Made by a program: the position numbers and the translations under genes | Shown: in pieces, positions 19,661 to 29,207 of the stretch | How the letters are laid out: every line of letters begins with the position of its first letter | Numbering within the stretch: position 1 is the stretch's first letter | From: Gammaproteobacteria bacterium | Lineage (GTDB): Bacteria > Pseudomonadota > Gammaproteobacteria > JABABF01 | Direction: 5' to 3' | Length of the DNA: 64,000 nt | NCBI GenBank assembly: GCA_965237805.1 | Contig: OZ250153.1 | Span: 352,001 to 416,000 of the forward strand | The notes under the pieces: model-generated | Told to the model about the DNA's origin: nothing | The model's input: only the letters and a program-made list of their open reading frames with translations | The model's database searches: none

Positions 19661-20287
19661 ATGACCCACCCCACCCTCGAATGCTTCTTCGACTGCTCCA
19701 GCCCGTGGACCTACATGGCGTTCACACGACTCCAGCCGCTGGCGGCGCAATACCAGCTGCCAATTCAGTGGCGCCCAATCTTGGTCGGCGGCGTGTTCAA
19801 CGCGATCAACCCAGACATCTACCAGCTGCGCGAGGGCGCTCTGGGAAATCCCGAGTACCGCGCTCGGATGATGAAGGATATGGGCGACTGGGCGGCGCTC
19901 TGTGGCATCAAAATCAGCTGGCCTGAGTTCCATCCCGGCAGCAGCGTCAAAGTCATGCGCGGCTGTTTTGTCGCCGAGGAAGCCGGCAAATTACTGCCCT
20001 ATGCCGAGCGCGCATTCGCCACCTATTGGGGGGAGCTGCGCAACTTCTCAGAAGAGGATGTGTTGCGCGATATCGTCCGCGCCGTCGGCTTGGACGAAGC
20101 GGAGTTCTTCGACAAGATCACCCGACCAGAATACAAGCAGAAATTGCGCGACAACACCGACGAGCTGGTGCGACGCGGCGGCTATGGCTCGCCGACGATG
20201 TTCGTGGATGGCGACGATATGTATTTCGGCAACGACCGGCTGCCGGTGTTGGAGGCAGCGCTACAGCGCAAGGCTGGAACGGGATAA
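19661..20287 (+). CDS. 2-hydroxychromene-2-carboxylate isomerase / DsbA-like (kappa GST) family protein
   Basis: 'FFDCSSPWTY', 'WRPILVGGVF', 'G.YGSPTMFV', 'YFGNDRL'. Confidence 0.88.
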   Translation: MTHPTLECFFDCSSPWTYMAFTRLQPLAAQYQLPIQWRPILVGGVFNAINPDIYQLREGALGNPEYRARMMKDMGDWAALCGIKISWPEFHPGSSVKVMRGCFVAEEAGKLLPYAERAFATYWGELRNFSEEDVLRDIVRAVGLDEAEFFDKITRPEYKQKLRDNTDELVRRGGYGSPTMFVDGDDMYFGNDRLPVLEAALQRKAGTG

Positions 20288-20345
20288 GGATGCTTGCGCA
20301 CGCACAAGCCTGACAGCATCCCTCTATATCCTTGTCAGAAATATC

Positions 20346-20889
20346 ATGACTGATATCCAAGAATTGGAAAATGACCGCGAACGCCGCAACCTCATGCTCT
20401 GCGCAGTGGCGTTTAATGCATATTATTTTGCTGGGGGAGAAATATCTGCTGAAGGAGCAAGGCTGATGTGGATTGGCATCAATTTTACTAAGCCAGCAGT
20501 CTTGACATATATGGCATGGGGGATGTTGTTTTGGTTTACTTATAGGTTTTGGCAAACGACACCTAATCTTCTCGTTCAAAGACGCCTTGTTAAAGGATGA
20601 TATACAAGGCTTTAAGAAAAAAAATTATATTCGCGATTTTATAGAAAGCATCCCTGGGGAAGAGGGCGATAATGTGCATAGCATAAACTATGATGGATGG
20701 CGATTTACAATTACAAAAGCACACTCATTCGGAGGCGACCAGAACAATAATAGAGTGATCCCAGCACGTTTATGCTGCAGAATATGGTGCAGCCAGATAC
20801 TAAAGAACAGTTGGTTCTCATATCATATCGTGCCCTATGTGGTCTTAGCATTTGCTGTGGCATCACCCTGCCTATCCAGCTACATTTAA
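20346..20889 (+). pseudogene. AT-rich membrane protein gene split by one frameshift (near 20565-20590)
   Basis: 'ERRNL.....' plus two TM helices in frame to 20600, continuing in the 20587..20889 frame with a C-terminal TM; AT-rich relative to flanks. Confidence 0.5.
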
Positions 20890-20910
20890 TCTGCTCAATA
20901 CAGCTCCCTC

Positions 20911-22191
20911 TCAATCCAGCGAAGCCGCCCCCACACCCTGTAGCACTCCCCCCGCCCGCTCCAAGTCGGCACCGCTGGGACTTTGGTAGGCGCTGAGCCC
21001 GAATTCGGGTAGCACCGAGAGCAAGTGATCAAAAATATCGTTCTGGATGTCTTCGTAGCTGATCCAGGCGGTGTCGTTGGTGAACACATAGATTTCGATT
21101 GGCAAGCCGTTGGCGGTGGGCGCGAGTTGGCGCACCAGCAGGGTCATGCTTTGGTGGATCTTGGGGTGATTGCGCAAATAGGCAAGGCAGTAGGCTCGGA
21201 AAGTACCGACATTGGTCAGGCGGCGACCGTTGATCAGCTCTTTGAGATCGTCTCCCACCGAATCGTTATGTGCTTGGATCTCATCGAGCTTGGCGTTGAG
21301 ATAAGCATCCAAAAGGCGCATGCGCCGGAAGCGCCCGAGCAGCTCTTCATCGGCGAAGCGAATCGCACGCAGGTCGATGTGCACGGCGCGCTTGATGCGA
21401 CGCCCACCGGCATCGCTCATGCCGCGCCAGTTTTTGAAGGAGTCTGAAATCAGCGCGTAGGTCGGGATGGTGGTGATGGTCAAATCCCAGTTGCGCACCT
21501 TGACTGTGGTCAGCGAAACATCGATCACATCGCCGTCGGCCCCGCGATCCGGCATCTCCAGCCAATCGCCCTCCATGACCATGTTGTTGACGGCCAGCTG
21601 GTAGCCAGCCACGAAGCCGAGAATGGCATCCTTGAAGACCAGCAGCAGGACGGCGGTGAGGGCACCCAGTCCGGAGAGAAACACCAGCGGCGATTTGCCG
21701 AGGATCACCGAGAGGATGAAGACCAAGCCGACTAAGTTGATGCACAGTTTTGCCGCTTGGATGAAAGTCTTGGCGGGATAGCGCTTGCCGACCGGGTTGC
21801 GCTGCCAGATATCGCAGGAGAAGTTCAGAGCACCGTCGATAATGAGCAAGGCGATGACGATCAGATAAGTGTTGACGGCGACGCGCAACGCGGCGAGGAT
21901 CTCGTCGTGGCTGGCGAAAACCACTGGTGCCAGCCAGTGGATGACGAGTGCCGGGACGAGGTGGGAGAAGCGGGTGATGACTGCGTTCTGTACCAAGAGA
22001 TCGTCCCACTGGGTGGCACTGCTGCGGACCAGCGGATGGACGACACTGGCGATCAAGCGCTTGGCGAGGAAGTTGGCGAACAGCGCCAGCGCGAGCAGGC
22101 CGAGCCCAACCGAGGCAACGGCAATACTCTGGGCAGCGGTGGTACCGAGCGAGAGCTGGTGCAACCAAGCGGCGATGGTGTCGGCGGTCAT
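20911..22191 (-). CDS. Mechanosensitive ion channel, MscS family (YbdG/MscM-like)
   Basis: 'LSGLGALTAVLLLVFKD.ILGFVAG.Q', 'GDW.EM....ADGDV.D..LTTVKV.NWD', 'NWRGM...GGRRIKR', 'LTN.GTFRAY'. Confidence 0.92.
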   Translation of the reverse strand: MTADTIAAWLHQLSLGTTAAQSIAVASVGLGLLALALFANFLAKRLIASVVHPLVRSSATQWDDLLVQNAVITRFSHLVPALVIHWLAPVVFASHDEILAALRVAVNTYLIVIALLIIDGALNFSCDIWQRNPVGKRYPAKTFIQAAKLCINLVGLVFILSVILGKSPLVFLSGLGALTAVLLLVFKDAILGFVAGYQLAVNNMVMEGDWLEMPDRGADGDVIDVSLTTVKVRNWDLTITTIPTYALISDSFKNWRGMSDAGGRRIKRAVHIDLRAIRFADEELLGRFRRMRLLDAYLNAKLDEIQAHNDSVGDDLKELINGRRLTNVGTFRAYCLAYLRNHPKIHQSMTLLVRQLAPTANGLPIEIYVFTNDTAWISYEDIQNDIFDHLLSVLPEFGLSAYQSPSGADLERAGGVLQGVGAASLD

Positions 22192-22441
22192 GGCGAACTC
22201 GACTTCAAATCAACCACAGCATCCTGCCCAAACATCATGCTGTGCTGCGTTGCAAGTTCCGGTGCGACCATCGCTTGGCCACCGTAGAGGCCCGACCCAT
22301 GTCCGTCGGTAGGACGCGGCAAGCGCCTCTGATCGCAACTTTGCGCACATTGGACAGCGGCCAGAAATAGCGTGCTAGCGTGGCTGCCCCACGATCTGTC
22401 AACTGTCCGTTCTGTGCCATCACAAAAGCAAGCGAGCCATC

Positions 22442-24586
22442 TCATAGAGCCCGTTCAACAGTCGCCGCCTGCTCGTGGCCTTGGGCCGCGGCCTGCTGTA
22501 GCCACTGTTGTGCTTTTCTGTGATCGCGCGAGACACCAAACCCGTGCACGTAGGCGAGCCCGATGCCGTACTGGGCGACGGCCTCGTCCTGAGCCGCCGC
22601 CCGATGGAACCACCGCAATGCGGCGGTGGCATCGCGCGCCACCCCATCGCCATTGAAAAAGAACACGCCAAGGGCAACTTGGGCGCGGGCGTCTCCCCGC
22701 GCCGCCGCCTGCTCAAACCATGTCATCGCCATATTGGCATTGCGGTGCACACCATGGCCTTGGGTATAGGCGACACCGAGATTGTATTGCGCGGGAGGCA
22801 GCCCTTGATTCGCCGCCATCCGGAACCACCGCATCGCTTCTTCGAGATCGGTTTGCACGCCCTCTCCAGCCATGGCCGCAAGCCCGAGATGATATTGAGC
22901 ACAGGCATCTTCTTGCTCAGCTGCTTGCAGCCACCAATCCCGTGCGGCATCAGGATCAACCGCCATGCCGTCGCCATTGGCAGACATCAGTCCCAGCAAA
23001 AACTTCGCTCCGGCGTGATCTTGGCGCACTGCTTCATCCACCAATTTCCGCGCCTGTTGCGCATCGGGCTCGACCACCGCATCGGGCCGCACACCCCGCC
23101 CCATCAAATAGCAGCAGGCCAGCTCGTACTGTGCGCCAGCATGCCCTTGCTCGGTTGCCTGGCGCAAATAATGCACCGCTTTGACCGACTCGACAGGCAC
23201 CCCAAGGCCTGACAGATAGCACCGCCCCAAGTGATATTGCGCAACGACATGGCCCTGTGCCGCCGCATCGTGAAACAAACGTGCCGCTCCATCCAAGCGT
23301 ACCGGCGTGCCACGACCCTCGGCATACAGAATCCCCAAGCTGCTCTGAGCGGGAGCGTAGCCCCGCTCGGCAGCGTCACGCAAATAGTCAATCGCCCACA
23401 CCAAATCGCTCTCTTCCATGCCAATGCCGTCCAGATAGCAATATCCCAAAGCGAATTGGGCCGGGGGATGCAACTGTGCAGCGGCCTTTCGAAACCATTT
23501 CACCGCCTCGCCGGGATTCTCATCATGCACCCCATGACCTTCCAAATAATTCATGCCCAAATGGTATTGCGAAGCGGCATCCCCTTGGGCAGCCGCTTTG
23601 CGCAACCAACCGATGGCATGCGTCGGATCCGCTTGCACGCCAATGCCATTGAGATAGCACAACCCCAAGCTGGCCTGCGCCGTCACCAAGCCTTGGTGGG
23701 CAGCCGCGCTAAACAATTGCTTGGCTTGCTGGGGATCGACCTCGACCCCCTCACCATCCCGATAACAAGCCGCCAAGTTGTTTTGCGCAACGGCCGCGCC
23801 CTGATCGACAGCTCTGGCAAACCAGCTGGCTGCCTCTTGGCGATTCTCTGCCACACCCTTCGCTTCAAAATAGCAAATGCCGAGGTGGGTTTGCGCATCT
23901 GCATTGCCGTGCTCGGCTGCAGCTCTAAAGTAACTGACTGCTCGGTCAAAATCGGCCTTTACCCCGTGGCCATAAAAATAGTATCGCCCAAGATTATCTT
24001 GTGCACTGGCATCACCGGCATCAGCGCGCTGGCGAAGTAGTCCGCTCGTTTCCAGCAAACTGGCACCCCCCACTGCGAACGGCCACAAACGTAACAGCAA
24101 GGCCGCCAAGCGACGCCACGCACTCCGTGTATCTATTTGGATTCCCGCCGGGAGAGCCACGCGACAATAGCCGTTTTCGGAAGCCGCATAATCACTGGAA
24201 AACCCGATATATCTTTTGGACAAACGCAGCGTCTTATGTACTATAGAAATAATATTTTTCCTAGATGAGATAAGGATATACCCATATAAACTATTGGCAT
24301 GGTTTATGATATTTGCAATCGCCATGCGCCATACAGATACTGTTTCAAAATCAGATTTTTCGGTCTTCCGAATCCCCATGGAAAATTCCAAAAGATCAAA
24401 ATCAGAACGATTTTGATAGGTGAAATCCCGCTTCATTTTGGCATCTTTCGTCACTGTGCCAGATTGTTTGATTGCACTAAAACGCTGGATGAAATACAGC
24501 ACGGCGAGAACAGAAGAGGCCGACACCACTAACAAAAGTAACCAGGCCTGCACAGACACAGTAGCTAAATTTTCAAAGTTCAACAT
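22442..24586 (-). CDS. Membrane-anchored Sel1-like repeat protein (14 repeats)
   Basis: 14 repeats of about 36 aa 'AQ..LG..Y..G.GV..D...A..W...AA.QG'; hydrophobic N-terminus. Confidence 0.9.
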   Translation of the reverse strand: MLNFENLATVSVQAWLLLLVVSASSVLAVLYFIQRFSAIKQSGTVTKDAKMKRDFTYQNRSDFDLLEFSMGIRKTEKSDFETVSVWRMAIANIINHANSLYGYILISSRKNIISIVHKTLRLSKRYIGFSSDYAASENGYCRVALPAGIQIDTRSAWRRLAALLLRLWPFAVGGASLLETSGLLRQRADAGDASAQDNLGRYYFYGHGVKADFDRAVSYFRAAAEHGNADAQTHLGICYFEAKGVAENRQEAASWFARAVDQGAAVAQNNLAACYRDGEGVEVDPQQAKQLFSAAAHQGLVTAQASLGLCYLNGIGVQADPTHAIGWLRKAAAQGDAASQYHLGMNYLEGHGVHDENPGEAVKWFRKAAAQLHPPAQFALGYCYLDGIGMEESDLVWAIDYLRDAAERGYAPAQSSLGILYAEGRGTPVRLDGAARLFHDAAAQGHVVAQYHLGRCYLSGLGVPVESVKAVHYLRQATEQGHAGAQYELACCYLMGRGVRPDAVVEPDAQQARKLVDEAVRQDHAGAKFLLGLMSANGDGMAVDPDAARDWWLQAAEQEDACAQYHLGLAAMAGEGVQTDLEEAMRWFRMAANQGLPPAQYNLGVAYTQGHGVHRNANMAMTWFEQAAARGDARAQVALGVFFFNGDGVARDATAALRWFHRAAAQDEAVAQYGIGLAYVHGFGVSRDHRKAQQWLQQAAAQGHEQAATVERAL

Positions 24587-24692
24587 TTGATCAATGATCC
24601 GCGCTTATTTTCTGTAAAACCTGGTGGCATTGGCATCGCTCAACGAGAACACACGATGTCGCAATGCCCTCCTCCATCAACAGTGTGTCAAG

Positions 24693-25532
24693 CTACTCTT
24701 GCACGCTATAGGCAGATGAATCCTGCCCAAACATCACTTGCTTTTGTGCGTCGGTGAAAGTGGCTGTCTGGCCATCGGCCGGCCACATTTCTTTGCCAAC
24801 ATCCATGCCGGTTTGCACAGCGGGCCGGTCGTTGACAGCTTGATACCAGCGCATCAAATTCTGAAAGGGGCTCAGATCGGCACCGACACCAGGGTGCGCA
24901 CGCAACCAAGGGAAAGTTGCCATGTCGGCGATGCTGTAGTCATCGCCAGCCAAGTACTGCGCAGCGTCGAGATGGCGATCCATGACGCCGAGCAAACGGT
25001 CGTACTCGTTGAGATAGCGGGTCTGCGCATAGCTCAACGCCGCATCCTCGGGGCAGCCCAGCTCTTTGGCGTAAAACAGGAAATGGTTCAGCTGGCCGAG
25101 CATCGGCCCTTGGTTGGCCATCTGCCAAAATAGCCACTGCACGGTGCGCTGGCGCTCGACTGTGCCAGCTGGTGCCAAGAAACGGCCAAATTTCTCCGCC
25201 AGATAGAACAGGATGGCACCGGACTCAAACACATGCAATGGCTCGCCACCGGGGCCGTCGTGGTCGATCAAGGCCGGGATGCGCCCATTGGGATTGATCT
25301 GTAGGAAATCGTCGGAAAACTGCTGGCCGTGGGCAAGATCGATCCAAGTGATCCGATAGGATGCGTCCAACTCGGCCAACAGCACTGTCACCTTGCGCGC
25401 ATTCGGGGTCGGCCCAAAGCAGAGCTCGAGCGTGGCGTCTATGTGATCGCCAGCGTGCCCCGCCTCCGACAGCATGTCGGCGTTCAACTGCACTGGCTTG
25501 GATGCTGCGCCCTCTGCGCCCCGTGCCACCAT
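24693..25532 (-). CDS. Glutathione S-transferase, Nu class (YfcG-like); start uncertain
   Basis: 'PTPNARKV', 'INPNGRIPA', 'FESGAIL.YLAEK', 'WLFWQMANQGP', 'YSIADMA.FPW'. Confidence 0.88.
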   Translation of the reverse strand: MVARGAEGAASKPVQLNADMLSEAGHAGDHIDATLELCFGPTPNARKVTVLLAELDASYRITWIDLAHGQQFSDDFLQINPNGRIPALIDHDGPGGEPLHVFESGAILFYLAEKFGRFLAPAGTVERQRTVQWLFWQMANQGPMLGQLNHFLFYAKELGCPEDAALSYAQTRYLNEYDRLLGVMDRHLDAAQYLAGDDYSIADMATFPWLRAHPGVGADLSPFQNLMRWYQAVNDRPAVQTGMDVGKEMWPADGQTATFTDAQKQVMFGQDSSAYSVQE

Positions 25533-25620
25533 GGATTTACTGAAAATCTATCACTCTCAGACGACATTATAGAGGCAGAATGCGCAGTAGCGGCAATACG
25601 ACGGCGACGGGACGCTGAGA

Positions 25621-26364
25621 TCAGGCCTTATAGACTGATGAATCTTGGCCGAAAAGCGCACGCTTCTGCTCCTCGCTAAACTCGCCCGGCTGCGCGCCGA
25701 AAGCCTCCTGCTCTGCCTTGCCCACATCGATGCCAGCGCGCACGCCTGGGCGCGCTTTGAGAGCTTCGTACCAGCGGCTCAAATGGACGAATGGGGCCAG
25801 CTCTAGGCCGATATTGCGACGCGTCAACAGCCACGGAAAGGCCGCCATATCGGCGATGCTGTAGTCATCGCCAGCCAGGTATTGCGACTCGCCGAGCCGG
25901 CGGTCCATGACCCCCAACAGGCGGTCGGCCTCCTTGGCGAAGCGGGTGCGGGCGTAGGCCAGATCGCCATTGTCCGCCGCGCTGCCGCCGAGTCCTTCGG
26001 CGTAATTCATGAAATGGTTCAGATGGCCGAACACCGGCCCTTGGTTCGCCATCTGCCAGAACAGCCACTGGCTGACGCAGTGATAGCCCGCACTGCCGGG
26101 TGGCGGCAGAAAGCGGCCAGCCTTCTCGGCCAAGTAGAGCAGAATGGCGGCGGACTCGAAGAGGCTGATGCGCTCGCCACCGGGGCCGTCGGGGTCAACG
26201 ATGGCCGGAATGCGGTTGTTCGGGCTGAGGGCCAAGAAAGCCGCCTTGAATTGATCGCCAGCACCGATGTTCACCGGCACCATGCGGTAGGGAATCTGGG
26301 CCTCTTCCAGCAAGATCGACACCTTGCGCCCATTGGGCGTCGGCGCATAGTGCAGCTCGATCAT
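25621..26364 (-). CDS. Glutathione S-transferase, Nu class (YfcG-like)
   Basis: 'PTPNGRKV', 'SPNNRIPAI', 'FESAAILLYLAEK', 'YSIADMAAFPW'. Confidence 0.9.
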   Translation of the reverse strand: MIELHYAPTPNGRKVSILLEEAQIPYRMVPVNIGAGDQFKAAFLALSPNNRIPAIVDPDGPGGERISLFESAAILLYLAEKAGRFLPPPGSAGYHCVSQWLFWQMANQGPVFGHLNHFMNYAEGLGGSAADNGDLAYARTRFAKEADRLLGVMDRRLGESQYLAGDDYSIADMAAFPWLLTRRNIGLELAPFVHLSRWYEALKARPGVRAGIDVGKAEQEAFGAQPGEFSEEQKRALFGQDSSVYKA

Positions 26365-26392
26365 CGACGCCGCCACAGCCACTGCAATGCGC

Positions 26393-26824
26393 TCAGTCCG
26401 ACAGCGTGTGGAAGTTGGATGGCCCCCACACCGCCATGAACTGGGAGAATTTGCCATCCGCGTCGAAGACCACCACATCCAGCGACTGGGTGATCATCTT
26501 CTGCTCGACACCCTTGAGAGTGGCGATGATGGCGAAGGCGGCGACCCAACCGGCGACGCGCACAGCACCCTCCAGCTCGATCGTACACAGGCCTTTGTTC
26601 GCCTCGAAGAACTCGCGTATCTCGGCCTTCCCGCGCCGCAGCTGGGTGCCGACCGGGTCGGCGAACTGGGCATCCTCGGCGAATCGCTCCATGATGCCGT
26701 CGATATCGTCATTGCTCAGCGCCTTGCAATAGCTGGCAGCGGCCGCCACCATCTGCTCGGGGGCCGGTGGCGCGCCACCCACCGGCGGCACAATCGCTAT
26801 GGTCTGCGTCACTTGCTCGTCCAT
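26393..26824 (-). CDS. Steroid delta-isomerase (KSI)-like NTF2/SnoaL protein
   Basis: KSI-like Tyr ('SYCKAL'), 'FAEDA...DPVG....G...I..FF', 'D...FD.DGK......W...N'. Confidence 0.75.
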   Translation of the reverse strand: MDEQVTQTIAIVPPVGGAPPAPEQMVAAAASYCKALSNDDIDGIMERFAEDAQFADPVGTQLRRGKAEIREFFEANKGLCTIELEGAVRVAGWVAAFAIIATLKGVEQKMITQSLDVVVFDADGKFSQFMAVWGPSNFHTLSD

Positions 26825-26916
26825 GGTTCATCTTCTCCTTCGATTCAGGTGGCAGCTGGCAGCCACAGCTGCTTGACCAGCAGCCGAGGGCAACGGTCTT
26901 GGGACCAGTCTGGGGC

Positions 26917-27768
26917 CTAGCCCCCCGGATACGCTGCCTTGGCCAGCAGCTCCCGCGTCGCGCCAGCGCAGCGCTTGGCGGCCTCCACCGGCAGCAGCGC
27001 ACGCAGCTCCTCACTCAGCACCTCAACCGACACCGGTGCCACACAGCCGTCATCGCCCAGCAGCTGCAAGATCTCCACCAGTGGGATCTCACCCTCCCCC
27101 GGCAACAGGCGCTGCGCCATGGTCTCGTGCAGCAGCGGCAGCTCGCTGCTGGCTGGGGCATCGCTGAGCTGTAGCGCCCCCACCGCCGCGCCCAGCCCCG
27201 CCAGCTCGGCCAGCTCGCTGCCGCCGCGTTGGAAATGCCAAGAATCGAAGAGCAGGCGCACATTGGGCTGCCCCGCCTGCCGCAGCCACTGGCGAGCCAC
27301 CGCCACATCGGGGCAGCCGGTCCATGGTAGGAACTCCAGATTGACATCCAAGCCGCGTGCTGCCCAGCGCTGCCCCAAGCTCGCCAGCGCCGCCCCGGCG
27401 GCGGCGACACTTGGCGCACCCTCGGTCGGTAGGGCGCAGGTTAGTGCCGCGCCGCCCAATATCTCATACAGCTCGACAAAGTGCCGCTCCTCGATACCAG
27501 CAACCCATGGATGATCGGGTGGCGGGCCGCCATCGGCCTCAGGCAACCAGTCCATCAGCGCCTCCAGATCGGTCAATTGCACCTCGCAATCCTCCAACAG
27601 ACGGCGCGCCGAAGCGGCATCAAAACCCTCCTGCTGCGCTTGGATCCAATCGGCGGGGCGCAGAATCACACCGTTGAAGCCCGCCGCGCCAGCGGCTTCG
27701 ACGCGATCTCTAAAGCCATGCCCCGCCAAGCAGCTCAGGCAGAGGCTCAGGGTCTCAGCTGGCAACAT
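26917..27768 (-). CDS. Sugar phosphate isomerase/epimerase (xylose isomerase-like TIM barrel)
   Basis: 'LEFLPW', 'LFDSWHF.RG', 'LQLSDA', 'RLLPGEGEI', 'SVEV.S'. Confidence 0.85.
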   Translation of the reverse strand: MLPAETLSLCLSCLAGHGFRDRVEAAGAAGFNGVILRPADWIQAQQEGFDAASARRLLEDCEVQLTDLEALMDWLPEADGGPPPDHPWVAGIEERHFVELYEILGGAALTCALPTEGAPSVAAAGAALASLGQRWAARGLDVNLEFLPWTGCPDVAVARQWLRQAGQPNVRLLFDSWHFQRGGSELAELAGLGAAVGALQLSDAPASSELPLLHETMAQRLLPGEGEIPLVEILQLLGDDGCVAPVSVEVLSEELRALLPVEAAKRCAGATRELLAKAAYPGG

Positions 27769-27802
27769 GTCTCATTCTCCCAACAGTGCAGTCGGCTTGC
27801 GC

Positions 27803-29068
27803 TCAGTGCTGACTGTAGCGCTCGATTTCACCGTCCAACCAACGCAGCTGCCAGCGGTTGTCCGGCACGCAGTCGGCGCGCATCTGCTGCAGGGCAGCCA
27901 GCATGGCGGCACACGCGGCGGCATGCTCTGGGGTGGCGGCCAGCGCCACCTCGGCCAAATGCACGGCGCGCTCGAGCTCGCCGGCAACCAAGGCCGCAGC
28001 GGAGCGCTCGGCGAGCACATCGGCCCCGGCCAACTCGCCCAGCTCGGCGTAGATATCGCGCGCTGGCACCGAATACATCTCGGTGACCGAATCCAAGCGG
28101 AACCAGCCCAGATAGCCCTCATAGATGGAGCGTACCAGCCACGGCACCGTGGCGTAACTCTGCCCCACCTCCAGCGCATCGGGCAGCTCGATGCCGCGCA
28201 TCGCCTCGTACATGCCCTGCCCGGCGTTCATCGCCGCCACGGTCTGCTCGTGCACATAGCTGACGGCATCGCGCAGGCGACTCAGCTCGTCGCGGATGAG
28301 CGCACGCCCCTCGATGGGCTTGAAATGCCCGGTCAGCAGCAGCTCGGGCTCCAAGGCCAGCACCCGCTCGCAAATGTCCAGATAGGGCAAGACGAAGCGC
28401 ATGCGATCGCCACGCGGCGTGCACAGATTGGGCAAATGCGGGAACAGCGGGCCAAAGGCGTTGCCGGTGAACAGCACATCGCGCTGCGGCAAATGGATCA
28501 TGCTCGAATCCAAGGTCTCGCCACCGGGCAGCCATTCGATGCGACACTGCAGCCCGCCCAGTTCGAACTCGTAGTCGCGCTCGAAGTAGACATCGGGTTT
28601 GGCCACTGCCTGCACCTCGCTGTGACCCAATGCCTCGGCGCGTTTTTGAGCCTCAGTCATGGCCGCGATCATCTCGCCGTAGAAGCGAATCGAGCCGTGT
28701 ACTCGGGCCCCCATGGTCAGCGCATCGAAGCGCTGGTGCTCGTCGGTATTGTGGTTGGCCACCAAAATGGCATCGGGGTGAGCCGCCTTGAACAGCCCGC
28801 TGCCGCCGACATGATCGACATGGCCCTGAGTCAACAGGATGTAGCGAATCGGCCCTTGACTGAGCTGCTCGTAGCAGTGCTTGTGCACCGGCGATTCGAC
28901 ACCGAGACCGGTGTTGATCAGCACATCGCCGTCCGGCGTGGTGATCAGATAGCTGTTGCTCGCCCCCTCGGAAAGATAGATGCCATCGGCCACCTGCAGC
29001 GCTGTCTCCTGCGTGGCCAACGCGATGGAGAGCGAGCCGGGGCGACTGCGCGCCAAGTCAGTCAACAT
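27803..29068 (-). CDS. MBL-fold hydrolase, alkyl sulfatase-like
   Basis: 'LLTQGHVDHVGG', 'GGETLD', 'PNL.T.RGDR.R', 'LLTGH', 'YEGYLGWF', dimerisation-type C-terminus. Confidence 0.8.
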   Translation of the reverse strand: MLTDLARSRPGSLSIALATQETALQVADGIYLSEGASNSYLITTPDGDVLINTGLGVESPVHKHCYEQLSQGPIRYILLTQGHVDHVGGSGLFKAAHPDAILVANHNTDEHQRFDALTMGARVHGSIRFYGEMIAAMTEAQKRAEALGHSEVQAVAKPDVYFERDYEFELGGLQCRIEWLPGGETLDSSMIHLPQRDVLFTGNAFGPLFPHLPNLCTPRGDRMRFVLPYLDICERVLALEPELLLTGHFKPIEGRALIRDELSRLRDAVSYVHEQTVAAMNAGQGMYEAMRGIELPDALEVGQSYATVPWLVRSIYEGYLGWFRLDSVTEMYSVPARDIYAELGELAGADVLAERSAAALVAGELERAVHLAEVALAATPEHAAACAAMLAALQQMRADCVPDNRWQLRWLDGEIERYSQH

Positions 29069-29207
29069 GAACGCATCCTATAGTCTCTCTGGGATCGGGC
29101 AATAATAGTCTAAAGCCCACCGCTCATACGCGCATCGCGCACAGCTACCATGCCGCCCCCGCTTGCAACACAATAGGATGCGCCCGCGGCGCTGTGAAGG
29201 GACACCG

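Noticed and set aside
22442-24000. Sel1 region as a DNA repeat array or diversity-generating element
   Set aside because: The repeats are diverged at DNA level, and no reverse transcriptase or template/variable repeat pair is seen.
27674-29083. 469-aa plus-strand ORF, and similar long ORFs at 1733..2968, 46848..47738 and 56654..57550
   Set aside because: Antisense shadows of well-supported genes in GC-rich DNA, with no recognisable motifs.
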